A stretch of 63,999 nt of DNA, filler included, from Stramenopiles sp. TOSAG23-2 (lineage: Eukaryota), in NCBI GenBank assembly GCA_900128395.1. It is 3 parts of 3 records of this genome, joined end to end, with 100 filler letters (N's around TTAATTAATTAA, not from the genome) between each part and the next. Parts side by side here need not be neighbours in the genome. Positions count along the whole stretch, not along the records: positions 31,245 to 62,359 come from LT649376.1; positions 62,460 to 63,999 come from LT652710.1; 1 more part is not named here. The stretch is one strand, 5' to 3'. A program made the translations under genes and the position numbers. Shown here piece after piece: positions 59,333 to 63,999 of this stretch; positions within the stretch are counted from its first letter, which is position 1, and every line of letters starts with the position of its first letter. The notes below the pieces were generated by a model, which saw only the letters and a list, made by a program, of their open reading frames with translations, was not told the DNA's origin and made no database searches.

Positions 59333-59745
59333 TAAAACAATCACTCCCTGATTTCATTATATATTTGTCGTTTGATTCGCAATGTGTCCTTGTAATCCCC
59401 CCGGATTTGCAATTGAAATGAAAAGTGCACTTCTCTGAAATAAGCTTAGCAGACTACAGAAATTACATAGGGTGTCATCTGAATTTTTTGATATTATGGT
59501 GATAGGAGTCGAAAACAGTAGTGTTAGTAATTCAATAGTACAAAATATACACATCACACATTATCACACATATTATCATCACCCTCTAATAAACATACAT
59601 TTAAATATATACAAATTTAATAAAACACAATTAATAATCGCCGGCATTATTTATTTATATCCCTATGAATATTACGCCGGCGAATTATTATAAAACAATC
59701 ACTCCCTGATTTCATTATATATTTGTCGTTTGATTCGCAATGTGT
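59332..59745 (+). repeat. 56-bp direct repeats enclosing a 302-bp segment
   Basis: 59332-59387 is identical to 59690-59745. Confidence 0.9.
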
Positions 59746-60140
59746 TTAATTCAATAACTATTAAACACATATTTGTGCATTTCCGGCGGGCACTACTTTT
59801 TTTTCGGAGGAAACCGGTGAAGAAGTAAGACGTTTTTGTATAGTAAAATTCTTGAATTTCCTATATTAATAATAATAATAGCTTAATCTCTCTCAACTTC
59901 ATCATCATCCTTCCATCTAAGGCCAGGGCAGCAGGCCTGGCAGGCCTACTTTTTTTTATTTTGGTAGATTTTATTTGTTGCATATATATATTTATTTTAG
60001 ATATATTGGTATTGAGAGATTGTGTCTATCAATATTAATTTATGTTCTTCATTCGTTTAGGAAAGAAGACAACAAGATTTCATATTAGCATATAATAATT
60101 GTATAGATAGCAATACTTGCATTTATATATATCATTTGCA

Positions 60141-61775
60141 ATGATGAATAATAATAGTACGACGAGGAATACAGAAGATGATGCTGCTTTGCCTTTGCTT
60201 GTAAGAAAATTAGCTGTTTTTAGAAAAAGTCTTGTTAGAGAACGTGGTTTAAGAATAGATTGTGAAGGAGAAATTCAAAATCTTTCAGAGAAATTGAAGT
60301 TAACAAGCAACATGTTGAAAGAAAAAGAAATTGTAGCAATGGAATATTCGAAAAAATGTAAAGAACTGCAAGGACAAATTAAAGAACAGCAAGAAATACG
60401 TAGTAATGAGCAAAAGTTAGAAAAAATATTTAGTAGTTTTGGTACTAAAAAATCAATAGAAAGTGAAAATAAGCTATTGAAAAAAGAAATTTTATCTTTA
60501 AAACGTAATCGAAAAGGGTACACATTGCGTATTGAAGAGTTAGAAAGCGAATTAAGCAACTTGCAAAAGCAAAATGCTACAAATTTGCAAGTATCGCAAT
60601 CGCGTGTTGATATGTTAGAAAGAAATTTAAAGGATAAAGAGGAAGATGTTATTCAAACTAAATTAATCTATGAAAATTTACAAACGAAAATGCGTGGGCT
60701 AGAGAAAATAAGAGAAAATTTTGAGGAGGAAAGAAAAGAATTACTGGCTGACAGAGATGCGGCATTGATAGAGACGGAAAACGAACGGTTGGAGAAAGAA
60801 CGTTGTTTACAGAAATTGACGGATCTGTTAAATACTAATCGAGTTGTTGAAGATATGAATAATTTAGAAAAAGATTTAGTACGTAGTCGATCAAATAGTT
60901 GGGCTGGTAGAAGAAGTACTGCATCTTTTTCAAAATCAAGAACAAATAGTAGAAGTAATAGCATTGGAATTGATGATGATGATAATGATGACAATAATAA
61001 CAATACAAATAAGATGTCCGGTAAAAAACGTGTACAAAGTAATGGAAATAATAATAACAATATTCTCAATGTAAATAATAATAACAATAATAATAGAATT
61101 TCTATAGCAGAAGAAGTCGATAATGTTGGCTTTGATGTTTTGGTTAAAGAATTTAATGTATATAAATTGCGAGATTTTTTTCCAAAAAGACCAGCTAAAA
61201 TTACCATACGGAAACAATTGCTCACGGGGTCAATATCAATAGTTGTTGAACGTGCCGGTGTTGCCCGTATTCACAAAGCAGGAAGTATACGAGGAGCATC
61301 ATTTGAAGCTCAAAATACACAATTTTTCAGTGATTCAAATTCTACAAATACAGATATAGTAACATTTCAAATTGATTATTATAATCAAAAATCTGATATG
61401 TTTGAAAGTCATCAACGAAGTAAAATATGCAATGCAATAAATGAGGCATTAAAATTGTCTCAGATGAATCCTCAAAACCAGAGGTTATCAAAACAATTTA
61501 ATTTATATTCAGATGGTGGTGAAGAAAGTAATTATGGTAATAATAATACAAATCTGCGTGTGGATCAAATTCGACGTATAAATGGTAATGATAATAGAAG
61601 TATGAGTTTACCAAAAGGAAAAGCAAATGGAAATCCTCAAAATCGCCAGAAATCACAAATGTCTTGGAATGGGCGTCAGCATGTTAAAAATGATAGCAAT
61701 ACTAATGTAAAAATGCAACGTGCAAAAAGTGAAGAAAATATTTCTGATGAATTACAATTTTTCTTCGGTTTGTAA
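60141..61775 (+). CDS. Coiled-coil protein with possible PH-like C-terminal domain
   Basis: Long ORF with heptad repeats, an Asn-rich linker and a beta-rich segment ending in a helix. ATG at 60141. Confidence 0.7.
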   Translation: MMNNNSTTRNTEDDAALPLLVRKLAVFRKSLVRERGLRIDCEGEIQNLSEKLKLTSNMLKEKEIVAMEYSKKCKELQGQIKEQQEIRSNEQKLEKIFSSFGTKKSIESENKLLKKEILSLKRNRKGYTLRIEELESELSNLQKQNATNLQVSQSRVDMLERNLKDKEEDVIQTKLIYENLQTKMRGLEKIRENFEEERKELLADRDAALIETENERLEKERCLQKLTDLLNTNRVVEDMNNLEKDLVRSRSNSWAGRRSTASFSKSRTNSRSNSIGIDDDDNDDNNNNTNKMSGKKRVQSNGNNNNNILNVNNNNNNNRISIAEEVDNVGFDVLVKEFNVYKLRDFFPKRPAKITIRKQLLTGSISIVVERAGVARIHKAGSIRGASFEAQNTQFFSDSNSTNTDIVTFQIDYYNQKSDMFESHQRSKICNAINEALKLSQMNPQNQRLSKQFNLYSDGGEESNYGNNNTNLRVDQIRRINGNDNRSMSLPKGKANGNPQNRQKSQMSWNGRQHVKNDSNTNVKMQRAKSEENISDELQFFFGL

Positions 61776-62359
61776 ATATGAACGTACGTAACAAGATGGG
61801 AAGTGGTCGTGCTGTCTTGTATAAAAATTGAAAAAGGACGTGTGTGTGTATATGACGTGTCATATAATGGGTTATGAGATTTAAATAGTGTATGTGTGTG
61901 TGTGTGTAAATAGTGGAACAAGGAAAAAAAATGTACAGTACAGTTTTTTTCGTATATATAATTTAATTTACGCATAATTTATTATATATAATGATGATAA
62001 TATATATACGAAGTATATATTATCATTATTTAGCTTAATATATTTAATTAATGCATTAACTTATTTTTTTAATTTACTCATGATAATTCCGAGACTCTCC
62101 AGAAAGAATACAATAACTGAGACATCATATTAATATATAATTTATTCGTATATAATATATAAAGATGTACGTAATGAATATAATAGTATCATAATTATCT
62201 TTTATTTATCTCACACTCTAATGTGTATTGTACATCTCATTAAAAGTATTTGTGTGTGTGTAAATATTTAGATTACACAACAATCTTAAAAATTGATAAA
62301 TGTTATTTTTTACTTTTATTCCCCTTCTCTTATTTTTTTAACTTTTTTTACAACAAACT

Positions 62360-62459
62360 NNNNNNNNNNNNNNNNNNNNNNNNNNNNNNNNNNNNNNNNN
62401 NNNTTAATTAATTAANNNNNNNNNNNNNNNNNNNNNNNNNNNNNNNNNNNNNNNNNNNN
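62360..62459. other. Artificial contig spacer
   Basis: N-run, TTAATTAATTAA, N-run. Confidence 0.95.
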
Positions 62460-62735
62460 ACTTTTCTTTTCAAACTTTAAATCTCCAAGGCGTATAAATG
62501 TATTAATATCAAAAACACGTACTTCAGTTACATTTAACTCATTTGCTATTTTTCCTGTTAATAACTGTTCAACAATATGACAACCTAACATACCAGATGC
62601 ACCTGTAACTAATATTGTTCTTCCATTTTTCATCATAATATTGTCATCATTGTTTTCGATAATTACTTGTTCATCTTTTTTGTTGTTGTTGTTGGTTTGT
62701 TTGTTTTTTGGTGTTTTTACACGTTTTCTCGGCAT
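62460..62735 (-). CDS. NAD-dependent epimerase / 3-beta-HSD family N-terminus (3' truncated by gap)
   Basis: Rossmann motif ILVTGASGMLGCHIVEQLL...VRVFDI. Confidence 0.8.
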
Positions 62736-63161
62736 AATGATTATAATATGTTCGAATAGATAGAAGAATCGAACGGCGTGGTATATTATTGGTAACTACA
62801 ATGGTTGTAGAATGATAATTAGGTATGAACAAAAATGAAAAATAAAGAAATTCTTAAATTCTTAAAATCTTATAGCAGCAATAATAAAATGATAAAACGA
62901 CAATTGAGCAATGTTTATGATGTATCGATATATAATGTAAAATAATATATAACAATATCAAAATATCAACATATTAATAAAATCACTAATAATAATAATA
63001 ATAACAGCAGTATCAATGATCACAATATTGTTCACTAACAATCTGATAAATACATATTAACATACCAATCTACCAATCAAACGAGCTTATATATATACAT
63101 ATATTGTTAATTATAAATTTTACATCCAAAAACCCGTCCGTAATTCAATTCGGAGAGAGTC

Positions 63162-63480
63162 GATCGGAGGTGCAATGGCCCATCTAATATACGTATGGAA
63201 GCAATATCAAATATATATATACCATACATGTAACATATTAGTATATGTCCATACAAATAAAAAATTAACAAACTAGACTGCTCGTCTAATACAGTATGCG
63301 TATGGAGACGCATACAAAACGATATAAACCATACGGGTAAAATATTAATAAATGTCCATACAAATAAAAAATTAACAAACTAGATCAGAGGTGAAATGGC
63401 CCATCTAATATACGTATGGAAGAAATTACAAATATATATAAACCATACAGATAAAATGTTTGTAAATGTCCATATACAAA
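63162..63480 (+). repeat. Three diverged tandem units of about 110 bp
   Basis: cgtatgga, ccatac and atgtccata occur in each unit; caaataaaaaattaacaaactaga occurs in units 1 and 2; atggcccatctaatatacgtatggaag occurs in units 1 and 3. Confidence 0.85.
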
Positions 63481-63999
63481 TATCCTATTTCCTCCATCTC
63501 CTAGATTCCTGATATTTCTTCAAAAAAGATCCAATTTTTCTATTTCGTTCCAATTTATTAAAGGTTAAGGGAAACATCTATCCCAACCGACAATTGTTAT
63601 ATGTCTTTACATTGACCTTTTTAATAAATAATGTGATAAAGTCCTTAAAAAATACCATGTGTTTTAATATATATGAAGGAATTTTATTTCATTTATATAT
63701 ATGCATGCATGCATATAGTTCTTATGAAGTAGGACATAGAAAGAGACTCTTTATAGTTGAAACGTTGAAACATCAATATTTGACATATATTATCCTCCAT
63801 TTTTTTCTTTCTTGTAGGAACCCGATGTTTATACTTACTATTATTAAATACATAGTATAGCTTAACGTAGTAAACAATTCAAAAGTATTATATCTTTAAA
63901 ATATATATATAGTGATTTAGTCAGGAATAAATTTCAAAATTGCACAATAGAAAATAATATTACCAAACATGAATATATTTATCATATTAACAATAATAA

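Overview
This is AT-rich, gene-dense and almost intron-free eukaryotic DNA using the standard genetic code. It probably comes from a flagellated protist: it carries CFAP65, cytoplasmic dynein-2 heavy chain and MORN3, and a stramenopile-like origin is my inference. N-runs with TTAATTAATTAA spacers show that separate contigs have been joined. Most genes are ordinary: an Eps15-like EH protein, a WD40/EF-hand protein, HSF, a Nup153-like nucleoporin, PP1, ATG12 and NDUFB8. Four observations stand out. (1) A nested palindromic cassette at about 2970-6203 holds two divergent orphan genes that share a perfect 51-bp inverted leader and N-terminus, bounded by an inverted, decayed copy of the CFAP65 3' end. 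(2) A spliced selenoprotein missed by the ORF track has an in-frame TGA in a UxxC motif (AhpC/TSA-2, SelU/SelL-like), a candidate SECIS and a C-terminal membrane anchor. (3) A spliced protein of more than 1900 aa combines a pore-less voltage-sensor domain, seven tandem SEC-C-like Cys motifs and EF-hands. (4) Several orphan 3' gene fragments lie in intergenic DNA. All calls come from motif reading by eye; no database searches were run.
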